Of a DNA stretch of 64,000 nucleotides, positions 19,234 through 29,505 are shown piece after piece (position 1 is the stretch's first letter; the number at the start of each line of letters is the position of its first letter). A program made the position numbers and the translations under genes. Under the pieces are notes generated by a model, which was not told the origin of the DNA, ran no database searches, and saw nothing but the letters and a program-made list of their open reading frames with translations. This DNA is from a virus (taxonomy: Duplodnaviria; Caudoviricetes): the IMG/VR virus record IMGVR_UViG_3300037400_003220, positions 26,893 to 90,892 of that record; one strand, written 5' to 3'.

Positions 19234-21933
19234 ATGAAAGATAAATATATTGTCAAATCTGGTTATAATGAGTTTCCAGCATCTGAATATCAGATAGAAA
19301 TTTTTAAAACAATTGAGAAAGGCGTTAATAATTTGATCATTAATGCTTCGGCTGGTAGTTCAAAAACGACAACTATCGTTAATGCAATTAGATTTATTCC
19401 AGAAAAAAAGAAGATTTTATTCGTTGCATTTAATAAGGATATTGTCGAAAAAATTAGAAGTGAAGCAGAACATAAAAATGTTAATGTATGTACTTTCCAC
19501 TCTCTCGGATTTTCAATTTTGCTCGAACATTTCTCGCGCGCGTGCGAAAACAAGTATATACAAAACCAAGATTTAATAAATATAGATATATATAAATATA
19601 ATAATTATTTGTATAATAATATAGATCTTATAACCAGGTTTAAAGAAACCAATAGTCTGGGGAAGCGCAAAAATTTATACGTTAATAATATTAAAAAATT
19701 AATTGATTATTGTCGTTATTATTTAGCATTTACTATAAAAGAAATAACTAGAGTAGGAGAATTATACGGAGTTGTACCTATTCGAGACGAATACGAGGTT
19801 GTTTGCCAGATTCTTCTGTGGGGAAAAGAGAATATATCCAGTATTGATTACACCGATATGATTTGGCTTCCAAATGTTCTAAATTTAACCACAAAGTCCA
19901 ATTTATACGATTGGATATTTATCGACGAAGCACAAGATACGTCAATCGCAGAACAGGAATTAGTTGAGCGGTGTTTCAGAAGAGGCACTAAATTTGTGGC
20001 CGTTGGTGATGATGCGCAATGCCAACCATCTGGCACAAAAATATTAATGTGTGACGGAACTGAAAAAAATATAGAAGATATAAAAATCGGTGATGAAATA
20101 GTTACATATGCAGATAAAAGTCGCTCTACTTTTATTGGATATAAATGTAGGTATAATATATATAACAGGCGAGTTACTGCTATATCAAACAGGTGCGTCA
20201 ATAAAACCATTCTACTTAAGACTGAGAACGGATTACAAAGTGAATATTCACTAAATCACTTATGTTATGCAAAATTTAACGGAGAAAAATGTAAAAATAA
20301 ATTTATTCTTTATTTAATGTGTGATAGTAATAAGTCAAGATTTAGAATAGGGACTACAAGACTATTTAATCCAATATCTATAAATACATTTGGCCTTAAA
20401 GCAAGAATGAGAAGCGAAAACTGCACCTATGGTTGGATTTTAAATATATATGATGATTTACATAAATGCCACATGGATGAAATATTATATTCTCTAAAGT
20501 ATGGTATACCACAAATAATATTTGAACCAGAAAGAGCGGGAACAAAATCACTAACAAAAGATGATGTTTCTTGGCTTTATAGTAATCTAGGTTATTCAAT
20601 AAGAGAAAGAGCAGAGGAATTGCTTACTTTTTTTAATAAAGACATAAATTTTCCGTTTGCAAATCAGTCTTCTTATGAGAAAGACTCAAGGGATTATATG
20701 AGAACATTTGCAGCATGTAACCTCTTTAAAGATATAATGGATGTTAAATATTTTGATAAAGACAAATTAGAGATTAGAACACATGGTAAAAACGGAAAAA
20801 AAGATTTAGTTAGAAAGGGATACTATACAAATATAATAGATTTAAATGTTCTTAATGAACCAAAAAAAGTTTATTCAATCAATGTAGAAAAAGAACATAA
20901 TTATGTAGCCGATGGCATATTAACACACAATTGTATCAATATTTGGGCTGGCTCAACTGAAGAAGCAATAGAAAGATTTCAAAAACACCCAAACACAATA
21001 ACCTGTAAATTACCAATATCATACCGCTGTCCAAAGAAAGTTATTGAATTGGCTAAACAATATTCAGATAATATCGTGGCTTATGAAAATGCAATAGAAG
21101 GTGAAGTAAATTATGATGTTTCTATATATGAGCCGAAAAACAATGATATGGTTTTATGCAGAACGACAGCACCGCTTATTGAGTTGCACTTAAACTATTT
21201 AAGATGTAATAAGAAATCATTTATCAGAGGAAATGAAAACATAAAAGAACGATTTACCGACTTAATAAATTCAACTCAATGTACACTTATTGATAAAAAC
21301 TGTATAACTTCAGATGGTTTAATCCCGAAACTTTATACATTACTATTTGACGAGATTGAAAAATTAAAATTCAATGGGCTAAACGAGGACGATGCTATTA
21401 CACATCCATCTGTTTTACAACTATATGACGATATTGAAGCAATATGTGTTTTGTCCGAAGGATTAACAAGCGTTGATGATTTACTATCAAAAATAAACAC
21501 AGTATTCATGGGTGAGGAAGATGACGCAATAGTTTTGTCAACGGTACATAAGGCGAAGGGTCTTGAGGCTGATAATATCTTCATCTACTATCCATCTCTA
21601 ATGCCACTAAAACTCGCAACGAAAGACTGGGAAATTAAAACCGAGGACAATCTAATCTATGTTGCATATACCAGAGCAAAGAAAACACTTAACTTTATGA
21701 AAGAAGATAAGTATAATCATAGAATGAATGGTTATTTTAATATAGACAAAATGAAAGCCCAATTAAAAACCATTAAAGAGAAAATAGATTACAACAAAGA
21801 ACTAGGCGTAACAGAGAAAAATTACGAACAAACACATGAAAAACCAAGAATTAAACTAGGGGAAGAGAACAAAATGCAGGTAAAATTGAACAAAAAAGTT
21901 AAGGCTGGTATAAAAATGCGTGATTTATTATAA
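19234..21933 (+). CDS. SF1 (UvrD/Rep-like) DNA helicase containing an intein
   Basis: ASAGSSKT (Walker A variant), FVAFNK, TFHSLG, FIDEAQD, VGDDAQ|C, SYRCP, STVHKAKGLEAD, YVAYTRAK. Spliced product would be 595 aa. Confidence 0.9.
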   Translation: MKDKYIVKSGYNEFPASEYQIEIFKTIEKGVNNLIINASAGSSKTTTIVNAIRFIPEKKKILFVAFNKDIVEKIRSEAEHKNVNVCTFHSLGFSILLEHFSRACENKYIQNQDLINIDIYKYNNYLYNNIDLITRFKETNSLGKRKNLYVNNIKKLIDYCRYYLAFTIKEITRVGELYGVVPIRDEYEVVCQILLWGKENISSIDYTDMIWLPNVLNLTTKSNLYDWIFIDEAQDTSIAEQELVERCFRRGTKFVAVGDDAQCQPSGTKILMCDGTEKNIEDIKIGDEIVTYADKSRSTFIGYKCRYNIYNRRVTAISNRCVNKTILLKTENGLQSEYSLNHLCYAKFNGEKCKNKFILYLMCDSNKSRFRIGTTRLFNPISINTFGLKARMRSENCTYGWILNIYDDLHKCHMDEILYSLKYGIPQIIFEPERAGTKSLTKDDVSWLYSNLGYSIRERAEELLTFFNKDINFPFANQSSYEKDSRDYMRTFAACNLFKDIMDVKYFDKDKLEIRTHGKNGKKDLVRKGYYTNIIDLNVLNEPKKVYSINVEKEHNYVADGILTHNCINIWAGSTEEAIERFQKHPNTITCKLPISYRCPKKVIELAKQYSDNIVAYENAIEGEVNYDVSIYEPKNNDMVLCRTTAPLIELHLNYLRCNKKSFIRGNENIKERFTDLINSTQCTLIDKNCITSDGLIPKLYTLLFDEIEKLKFNGLNEDDAITHPSVLQLYDDIEAICVLSEGLTSVDDLLSKINTVFMGEEDDAIVLSTVHKAKGLEADNIFIYYPSLMPLKLATKDWEIKTEDNLIYVAYTRAKKTLNFMKEDKYNHRMNGYFNIDKMKAQLKTIKEKIDYNKELGVTEKNYEQTHEKPRIKLGEENKMQVKLNKKVKAGIKMRDLL
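20020..20931 (+). mobile_element. Intein (304 aa) in helicase motif III
   Basis: Starts CQPSGTKILMCDG (block A) directly after GDDAQ and ends VYSINVEKEHNYVADGILTHN followed by Cys+1 (CINIWAG). Removing it restores GDDAQ-CINIWAG. Confidence 0.92.
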
Positions 21934-21980
21934 AATTTTGTATATTTGAAATGATAGATACAAATAAAAGGGAAAGTATA

Positions 21981-23078
21981 ATGGCAACGAAAAACAACAG
22001 AAAAAAACATTTGCCTACTCCAAAGGAGATCAAGGCATATCTTGATCAATATGTGATCGGACAAGAGGAAACAAAGAAAATTCTTTCAGTAGCAGTTTAC
22101 AATCACTACAAGAAACTCATATATAATTCACAGTATAGTGATATTACGGAACTGGAGAAATCAAACATTATTATAACAGGGCCGACTGGTAGCGGTAAAA
22201 CATTGTTAGTCAGGACAATAGCAAAATTACTTGATGTACCGTATTACATTCAGGACTGTACAAAACTTACAGCCAGTGGATATGTTGGAAGTGATGTAGA
22301 GGACTGTCTTGCTGGTCTACTTCGTTCATGTAACTATGATATTCAGCGCGCACAGATGGGAATTGTAATGCTTGACGAGATTGACAAAACAGCAACAAAG
22401 GCTGCTGGCCCATCGATTACCAGAGACGTTTCTGGAGAATGTGTTCAACAATCTCTCCTTAAAATTGTTGAAGGAGATTTAGTCGGTGTGCAACCTCAGG
22501 GAGGAAGAAAACACCCAGAGCAACCACTTACTTATATTGATACGACAAATATTCTATTCATTGCATCTGGCGCATTTGTCGGCATAGAGGATATCGCAAG
22601 GAGGAGACTTGGCCAAAACAGAATTGGATTTAATCAATCACAAGTTGAGCGCGTTGATAAGGAAAATTTGAAGGATTATATTAACTCTGAAGATATTCGT
22701 GAGTTTGGATTTATACCTGAGTTTGTTGGACGCTTCCCAATTATTACTACGGTCTCTAAATTGGATAAAGAAAGCCTGAAAACAATTCTTGTAGAGCCAA
22801 AGAACTCCATAGTGAAACAATATATTGAACTTCTAAGGATGGACAACACAAACCTAGTGTTCGATGATAAGGCAATAGATAAAATTGCAGAGATAGCATT
22901 TAACATTGGCACTGGTGCTCGTGCCTTGAGAAATATCGTAGAAACTGTTATGACCGATATTATGTACGAGGCTCCGTCAAACAGAGAAAAGAAAAAGCCA
23001 GAAAAGGTCGTCGTAACCGAAGAAATTGTCACAGAAAAGACAAATAACAAGTATAGGGCAGTGAAAAATGCTTGCTAA
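21981..23078 (+). CDS. clpX: ClpX ATPase lacking the N-terminal zinc-binding domain
   Basis: LDQYVIGQE..K..LSVAVYNHYK, GPTGSGKT, GYVG.DVE, DEIDK, ITRDVSGE.VQQ.LLKI.EG, GGRKHP and IGF loop. Likely start MATKNN at 21981. Confidence 0.93.
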   Translation: MATKNNRKKHLPTPKEIKAYLDQYVIGQEETKKILSVAVYNHYKKLIYNSQYSDITELEKSNIIITGPTGSGKTLLVRTIAKLLDVPYYIQDCTKLTASGYVGSDVEDCLAGLLRSCNYDIQRAQMGIVMLDEIDKTATKAAGPSITRDVSGECVQQSLLKIVEGDLVGVQPQGGRKHPEQPLTYIDTTNILFIASGAFVGIEDIARRRLGQNRIGFNQSQVERVDKENLKDYINSEDIREFGFIPEFVGRFPIITTVSKLDKESLKTILVEPKNSIVKQYIELLRMDNTNLVFDDKAIDKIAEIAFNIGTGARALRNIVETVMTDIMYEAPSNREKKKPEKVVVTEEIVTEKTNNKYRAVKNAC

Positions 23079-23109
23079 TACTATTTATGTATTAAAAACA
23101 AGCAAAACA

Positions 23110-24111
23110 ATGAAAAAATTATTAAGATATTTAAAAATAGCATTCTACTCATTCTTCTATAGTATGAGAAGTGCTGACAAATTACTCGCAACAAGTAACA
23201 AGAATGACGATTTAGATACTACTGGTGTTGGCGGAGTTGAACAACAGCAAGAACAGGATAGCGTTTGGCAAGACCTTTTGAAGGGTGAAGTAACGGAGAG
23301 GGTTAGAGAGTTGCGCCATGAGATGTATTATGCCGAACGAAAGTCACATGAATACGAATACGCTGGTGGAGGAAACGGCAGAAAGAATACAATGTTTTCA
23401 TATAAAGGTAAAGTAGACCAGTCGGACGGTTATAGAGTAAAGATTGTTCAGGCAAACGGTGTTATTCCAACATGTTTAACTGACGCTGGTGTAGTTGTTT
23501 ATGGAACAAACTCTGATATCTACAGCGAAAACGTTGATAATATAATCAGAAATAGGCCTAACTCAGAGAAGGAATACAGAATTAAGATTGATAGAGTAGA
23601 TTACATACCAAAATTCAAAATAGAAAATTACATCACAAAGTTAGTTGTTAAAGAGGTTCAAGACGATGTTGTGATGATTGATCTATATGTCAACAAGTAT
23701 TATAACAAATTAGAGGCAACAAGTAAATTATTCCACGCAGAAATGGAGAGAATATATCAAGGAATTGATACAAATACTAATCCTGGAGGAATTTTATACT
23801 TCAAACGAATACACTTCATTGCTAAAAGTGCATTTGGCGTACCAGACTTAACAGAAGTGTCTTATGTTGATTTCAAATTTGATAATATTCTCGAATATGA
23901 TGGACACTACGTTCTTAAATTCTTTGCCAAGGAGGAAAAACAGGAGGATATGATTGATGAGTTCTATAATGAAGCAACTGCAAAGAAAATTGAGAACAAT
24001 GAGATGCGAGAAGGTGCTACTATAAACCTTGCAGATGTAATGGCTACAAGCGATAAAAACAATTACGATGCAAAAGGTGCGCTTGATTTAATTAATAATA
24101 TGAAGAAATAA
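23110..24111 (+). CDS. Hypothetical protein
   Basis: Long ORF with phage-like codon use; likely start MKKLLRY at 23110. No motif recognised. Confidence 0.6.
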   Translation: MKKLLRYLKIAFYSFFYSMRSADKLLATSNKNDDLDTTGVGGVEQQQEQDSVWQDLLKGEVTERVRELRHEMYYAERKSHEYEYAGGGNGRKNTMFSYKGKVDQSDGYRVKIVQANGVIPTCLTDAGVVVYGTNSDIYSENVDNIIRNRPNSEKEYRIKIDRVDYIPKFKIENYITKLVVKEVQDDVVMIDLYVNKYYNKLEATSKLFHAEMERIYQGIDTNTNPGGILYFKRIHFIAKSAFGVPDLTEVSYVDFKFDNILEYDGHYVLKFFAKEEKQEDMIDEFYNEATAKKIENNEMREGATINLADVMATSDKNNYDAKGALDLINNMKK

Positions 24112-24191
24112 ATTTTGCTTTATATCCTATCAAAAGCAATTGGTGTCAAAACCAAACCGAAAGATTTAAATTCTTTCAAAAAGATGGTGAG

Positions 24192-24587
24192 TTAATCCTC
24201 ACCATTTTCTTTTTCATCAGACTCGTTAGTTTCTTGTTTTTCCTGTTCCTCAAGTAATTTCTTTTGTTTCTTTTCTTCTAAAAGTCTGTTAAGTTCTTCA
24301 GTTAACTTTTCTTTACCAAGGTCTTCGATTCTTTCACACTCACACTTCGGTTTAATGTATTTATTTAGTGCTCGGCCGTTAGAACCATCAAGGCCACCTC
24401 TTACGAACATAACATAATCATTTACGTCTACATTTTTATATTCGTATGTCGCCCCGTTATTAAAAACTACCCTAAGTATTTTGTAATCATCTACAACATC
24501 TTCACATTCAGAATAGAATACATTACTTGAGTTGTACCAAACCCTATCCAAGCGTTTTTCTTGGTCATAATCTCTGTGTATTATCAT
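24192..24587 (-). CDS. KTSC-domain protein
   Basis: WYNSSNV...ILRVVFNNGATYEYKNV...F...S.GR..NKYIK pattern followed by a charged tail. Confidence 0.7.
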   Translation of the reverse strand: MIIHRDYDQEKRLDRVWYNSSNVFYSECEDVVDDYKILRVVFNNGATYEYKNVDVNDYVMFVRGGLDGSNGRALNKYIKPKCECERIEDLGKEKLTEELNRLLEEKKQKKLLEEQEKQETNESDEKENGED

Positions 24588-24661
24588 ATTTTTTTGTATA
24601 TTTAACTTGATTTATTTAGTATTAAATATATATTTTAAGAATGAAAAGGAAATAGAAAAAA

Positions 24662-27373
24662 ATGGGAAAATCAGAAGTACTTGACAAATATTTTTCAAAA
24701 GAACTAACTTACGTTTTAGACTATATTATTGATAATGTTCACGAGGATATGCAATTTAATGAGATATCTCCGTACATTTTCTTATATAGTGCCCTAGAGA
24801 AACAGGAATCAATGCTGTATACGGTGTTGAGTAGTTATTTAATCACTGAGATGATTGATAACATACACGACGAGTTAGTTTCTATGGAACATAAACATAG
24901 TCTAAGTAAAGAAATCGCTGATGTAAATAGGGGCAAGATAAAGCCAGAATTATCAAGAAGTTTAAGGGCATATCTAAATGACTCTTTAATAGATGTTCGC
25001 GAAACTGGTGCCGAGTTAATAAATACAGACCATGTTTTATTATCAATACTACGAGATAACGAAGATCCAGCATATGATAACGATATAATAACCCTATTCA
25101 GAGAGTATGGGGTCACATATAAAGTATTATTTGGTATTTCTAAAAATTTAAGAGACACATTAAAGACTAACGATAAAAGCCAAAAGACTCCAGACGTGGA
25201 ACCAGGAGAAGTAACCAGCAAATCTGATCAAGAAAAGAATAAGACAAAGGAGTTTATCGACGAGTTGGTTAAAAACATAAAGATTATTGATAAGGCGACA
25301 AACGGAAATGCCAAAACACTTATAATTGGAGGCCCAAGCATTCCACAGGACGAAATAATTAATATGTTAGGCATTGGCGGGCAGACAAAAACAAATACAC
25401 AAAAGGGTAATGGAAAGTCAATTCCTTATTGCACCAATATAAATGATCAAGTCAAGAAGAATAAATTTGACGCAATTGTAGGCAGAGAAAAGGAACTAAA
25501 TGAGATTTTTAGAGTTCTAGGACGAAGAAAGACTAATAATGCTATATTAGTTGGTGATAGTGGCGTTGGAAAGACACAAATCGTTGTTGGCGTTGCACAA
25601 AAGATTCTCTCTGGAGAAGCGCCGATAATGTTTAAAGATAAGGAAGTTTGGAAATTCAACCCAACAGAGATGCTTGCTGGAACAACACTTAGAGGTATGT
25701 TTGAGGAGCGAATGGTAGCAATGACAAAAGCACTAAAAGACAACAAAAATGCCATTCTGTTTATAGACGACATTGATAATCTATTTGCCGAGAAGACAAA
25801 AGGTGATTATGATGCTGGCGGCGTAATATCAGAACTGTTTTCAAATGGTGATGTACAGGTAATTGCCACAACAGACTTTAAGGGTTATAAAACATTATGT
25901 GACACAAATCCTGGTATTTCTAAAAAATTGCAAAAGGTTTCTGTTGATGCATTAAATGAAGATGATACTTATAATATTTTGAAAGATAATAGAAAATATT
26001 ATGAGGATTTCCATAATGTAACTTATTCTGACAGCATACTTAAACTGTGTATTGATCTTTCTAAAAGATATATAACAGAGAAAACACTTCCGTCATCAGC
26101 AATTGATGTAATGGATGAACTCGGCTCATATAAGAAGATGAATAACGACCTAATTAACTCTATTAGATTCAGATATAAGGTACTTGAAGAAATAAAGGAA
26201 GCAATTGAAACCGCATCAAAGAAAGACGATTTTGATAAAGTAAGAGAGTATGGTCAACACGAAAGAGATATTAGATGTGACCTAGCACAATTAGAAGAAG
26301 AACAAAGATCAAAGAAAAAACTAGAGGTTACAGAAGAAGATTTGTATACCACTATATCACAACACACAAATATCCCGATTGGTAAGTTAAAGAGTTCTGA
26401 AAAGACGGAACTAAGGCATATTGACGAAAAACTAAAAGAGATTATTATAGGTCAAGATGAAGCAATTGATATTGTTTCTAGGGCAATAAAGAGAAATAAG
26501 ATTGGTTTACACCAGAATAATAGGCCGATGGGTTGCTTTATGTTTGTAGGCCAGACTGGTACTGGTAAAACGCTATTGGCAAAGACATTAGCAAAAGAAA
26601 TATTTGGTGATGAAAAATATCTAATCAGATTTGATATGTCAGAGTACAATGATAAAACTTCTGTTAATAAACTCATTGGTGCATCTGCTGGATATGTTGG
26701 CTATAACGAAGGTGGATTATTAACCGAGTCTGTGAAGAGAAACAAATACGCCGTTTTGCTTATTGACGAGATTGAGAAGGCGACAGAAGAAATATACAAC
26801 CTATTCTTGCAAGTCTTTGATGAAGGGTTTTTGACTGATAATACTGGACAGAAGGTAGATTTTAAAAATACAATTATTATCCTAACATCAAATGTGGGAA
26901 CAAAGAAGGCTGGACAGCACAAAGCACTTGGTTTTGCAGCAACAGAAGACGATTCGGTAAAGCACGGAATTATTGAAAAGGAAATTAAAGATAAATTTCC
27001 TCCAGAATTTATTAACCGCTTGGATGAAATTGTATATTTCAACAACTTAGATGAAGATAACCTAAAAGAGATTATTAAGTTGGAAATGAAAAAACTTGAA
27101 GATAGGGTTAAGAATGTTGGATATTCTATTTCCTATAAAGATGATGTAGTTGATTTTCTACTTAAAAAAATTAAAGATGAGAAAGAATATGGTGCAAGGC
27201 CAATTATTCGAACAATTAGAGATAATATCGAAAATAAAATAACAGACTTAATTATTGATAATTTTAATCCAAATGTTATATTTTCTATAACAGTTAATGG
27301 AGACGAAGTCAAAGTAGAAGAAACTGTTAATATTGTATTTGACAAAGAAAATAATGTATATAAAATAGTTTAA
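24662..27373 (+). CDS. clpC: ClpC/ClpB-family Hsp100 chaperone (Clp_N plus two AAA+ domains)
   Basis: IVGREKEL...LGRRKTNNAILVGDSGVGKT, GMFEERM, short M-domain, IIGQDEAI, GQTGTGKT, RFDMSEY, LIGASAGYVGYNEGGLLTE, DEIEKA, LTSNVG, LGF loop, PEFINRLD, YGARP. Confidence 0.9.
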   Translation: MGKSEVLDKYFSKELTYVLDYIIDNVHEDMQFNEISPYIFLYSALEKQESMLYTVLSSYLITEMIDNIHDELVSMEHKHSLSKEIADVNRGKIKPELSRSLRAYLNDSLIDVRETGAELINTDHVLLSILRDNEDPAYDNDIITLFREYGVTYKVLFGISKNLRDTLKTNDKSQKTPDVEPGEVTSKSDQEKNKTKEFIDELVKNIKIIDKATNGNAKTLIIGGPSIPQDEIINMLGIGGQTKTNTQKGNGKSIPYCTNINDQVKKNKFDAIVGREKELNEIFRVLGRRKTNNAILVGDSGVGKTQIVVGVAQKILSGEAPIMFKDKEVWKFNPTEMLAGTTLRGMFEERMVAMTKALKDNKNAILFIDDIDNLFAEKTKGDYDAGGVISELFSNGDVQVIATTDFKGYKTLCDTNPGISKKLQKVSVDALNEDDTYNILKDNRKYYEDFHNVTYSDSILKLCIDLSKRYITEKTLPSSAIDVMDELGSYKKMNNDLINSIRFRYKVLEEIKEAIETASKKDDFDKVREYGQHERDIRCDLAQLEEEQRSKKKLEVTEEDLYTTISQHTNIPIGKLKSSEKTELRHIDEKLKEIIIGQDEAIDIVSRAIKRNKIGLHQNNRPMGCFMFVGQTGTGKTLLAKTLAKEIFGDEKYLIRFDMSEYNDKTSVNKLIGASAGYVGYNEGGLLTESVKRNKYAVLLIDEIEKATEEIYNLFLQVFDEGFLTDNTGQKVDFKNTIIILTSNVGTKKAGQHKALGFAATEDDSVKHGIIEKEIKDKFPPEFINRLDEIVYFNNLDEDNLKEIIKLEMKKLEDRVKNVGYSISYKDDVVDFLLKKIKDEKEYGARPIIRTIRDNIENKITDLIIDNFNPNVIFSITVNGDEVKVEETVNIVFDKENNVYKIV

Positions 27374-27377
27374 TATT

Positions 27378-27923
27378 ATGAGACAATTAACCGAAAAAGA
27401 AGTAGAAGAGGCAAAGAAGTTTGTGTCAGAAGGCCAATCAGATGAGGTGAAGGATTATCACTACACTGAGCAGGCTAGACAAAGTTATGTATCTGCAGTA
27501 AGAAAAGTTTATGATGGTAAAAATGAAGACATTATCAATCTAATGAATGGCCTCGCAGAAGAGGAAAGAAAGGATAAAGAACGCATCCTTGACGATGCTA
27601 TTTCCAGCCTATCACTAATTCCTTACGGATTTGCCAGAATTATAAACGTCATTTTGAATACAACATATACGAACGAAGACTTTAAGGAAGTTGTAAAACA
27701 GGACGTATTGTCAGCAGCACAGCATCTTAAGTGGTATATTGAAGAAACTCGCGAAGAAAAGAGAAAATTAACGAAGGCAGAAGAAGTTCGCAAGGAAATT
27801 GACGAAGCAAAAGCAATCTTCGAGAAATTAGCGCAAAAGAAAGAAGAACCAAAAGAGGAACCAAAGTTAACAATTTGGCAGAAAATAAAGAGATTTTTCT
27901 CTTGCAAAAAGTGTAATAAGTAA
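27378..27923 (+). CDS. Hypothetical helical protein
   Basis: 181-aa ORF in an operon with the next genes. Confidence 0.55.
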   Translation: MRQLTEKEVEEAKKFVSEGQSDEVKDYHYTEQARQSYVSAVRKVYDGKNEDIINLMNGLAEEERKDKERILDDAISSLSLIPYGFARIINVILNTTYTNEDFKEVVKQDVLSAAQHLKWYIEETREEKRKLTKAEEVRKEIDEAKAIFEKLAQKKEEPKEEPKLTIWQKIKRFFSCKKCNK

Positions 27924-28210
27924 TGCAATACGACCCAAAAGACGTTCCAGCATTTAAGGAGGAGGTATGTAAGGTAACATGCCGAATGAAAGGTAAGTGT
28001 ATCAATGATAATAAAAACGATCATTGGTTCCTTATGTGCCCACACTACCATAGTTGGAAGTTAGGGTATACAAGTTTCGTCTGGGAATTATTAAAATGGC
28101 AAGAAGAACACCCAGAAGAGATGGAGGAAAAACGCAAGAAAAATTTAGAGTTAGCAAAAAAATTAAAAGAACAAAAGAAAAAAGCAAAGAAAGATGAAGA
28201 AAAAGTTTAA
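27923..28210 (+). CDS. Hypothetical protein with possible Cys/His metal site
   Basis: CxxxCxxxxxC...CxH pattern and a basic coiled tail; TAATG overlap with the previous gene. Confidence 0.5.
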   Translation: MQYDPKDVPAFKEEVCKVTCRMKGKCINDNKNDHWFLMCPHYHSWKLGYTSFVWELLKWQEEHPEEMEEKRKKNLELAKKLKEQKKKAKKDEEKV

Positions 28211-29117
28211 GAAGTATAGAGTTATTGGTGATATTCATGGGCGAAAAAATTGGATAGATTTAGTAACACCATTTGACGATGATACTTTGTATATCTTCAT
28301 TGGAGACTATACCGACCCATATTATTACGAAGGTGTTACTCACAAACAAATGATTGAGCAAATTTTACTAATGCTTCAATTCAAGAAAGAACATCCAGAT
28401 AATGTTATTTTACTAGTAGGGAATCACGATCTTCAATATATCGCAGATATTAGAGAAACTAATCGTTATGATTGGTTAAATGCAGCGCAAATATCTAAAA
28501 TTTTTAAAGAGAATGAAGAGTTGTTTTATGGCGTTGCTTATCAAATAGGAGAAAAATATCTGGTAACCCATGCAGGTGTAACACTAGATTGGTATCAAAA
28601 GTGGATTGATTATAAAAAAGATGATTTAACACTAGAAAGATTATGCGAACAAGTTAATGATTTGTGGCACAAGAATAAAGAGGCCTTCGCTTTTAGCAAG
28701 TCGGCTAAAATGAGCGACTATTATGGTTCAAGTTCAACGCATGGCCCATTATGGATACGCCCAACCTCATTGTGGGAGTATAATATTTTTGGTTTTGGAA
28801 GCGGTAAAATTCAAATTGTCGGCCATACTCGTTTCGAGCATTACAGAGACGAATTTAAGGATTTAGATGGAACTATTGTACCAACTGGAACTCAAAAAGA
28901 CGAGCCGACAGAGGAAATGATTGACCGAGGTTTAGATTACTGGATTAATGATGGCGTGCACGTATGCAAACCAGTATATAACGACAACAATAACGTTGAC
29001 ATCATTCAGATTGACTGTCTAGAAGCAGAAACAGCATGTGTTGAAATTAATGGAGAGACATTAGAGTGGAAAAAGGTTTTAGTAGAGAATGACAAAACTG
29101 CAAAAGATAATGGATAA
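28194..29117 (+). CDS. Calcineurin-like metallophosphoesterase
   Basis: VIGDIHG, IGDYTD, GNHD, THAG and VGHT motifs. Confidence 0.88.
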   Translation: MKKKFKKYRVIGDIHGRKNWIDLVTPFDDDTLYIFIGDYTDPYYYEGVTHKQMIEQILLMLQFKKEHPDNVILLVGNHDLQYIADIRETNRYDWLNAAQISKIFKENEELFYGVAYQIGEKYLVTHAGVTLDWYQKWIDYKKDDLTLERLCEQVNDLWHKNKEAFAFSKSAKMSDYYGSSSTHGPLWIRPTSLWEYNIFGFGSGKIQIVGHTRFEHYRDEFKDLDGTIVPTGTQKDEPTEEMIDRGLDYWINDGVHVCKPVYNDNNNVDIIQIDCLEAETACVEINGETLEWKKVLVENDKTAKDNG

Positions 29118-29484
29118 TTACTATGATGCACTTACTGCACATAGAATAAAACTAGATATAGTATATAATGAATTAGCCGATATATGGGGCAAAAACAAGA
29201 GGCCTAAAGTAATAAGACTGGCGGATGAAAACGATTACACAACTGGTTACCCAGTGATTTACAACAGAGAAAAATATTACGTAATTGCTCTTGAATTAAA
29301 GAAAGACGAAGTTCTTATTCACTTACAGAATCACAACACGGATATGTTTATTGCAGATGAGATTTGTTGGTATGGAAATCATGACTTAAAAACATTAGTT
29401 ATTAATGAGGTGTCAAAGCATTTGGGGTATTTAATTGGTGAAGTAGAGAATGATAATACTAATAATAAAAAAAAAGAAAAGTAA
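29089..29484 (+). CDS. Hypothetical protein
   Basis: ORF; start may be the ATG at 29110. Confidence 0.5.
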   Translation: MTKLQKIMDNYYDALTAHRIKLDIVYNELADIWGKNKRPKVIRLADENDYTTGYPVIYNREKYYVIALELKKDEVLIHLQNHNTDMFIADEICWYGNHDLKTLVINEVSKHLGYLIGEVENDNTNNKKKEK

Positions 29485-29505
29485 TAGAATATAGGAGATT
29501 TTTAA

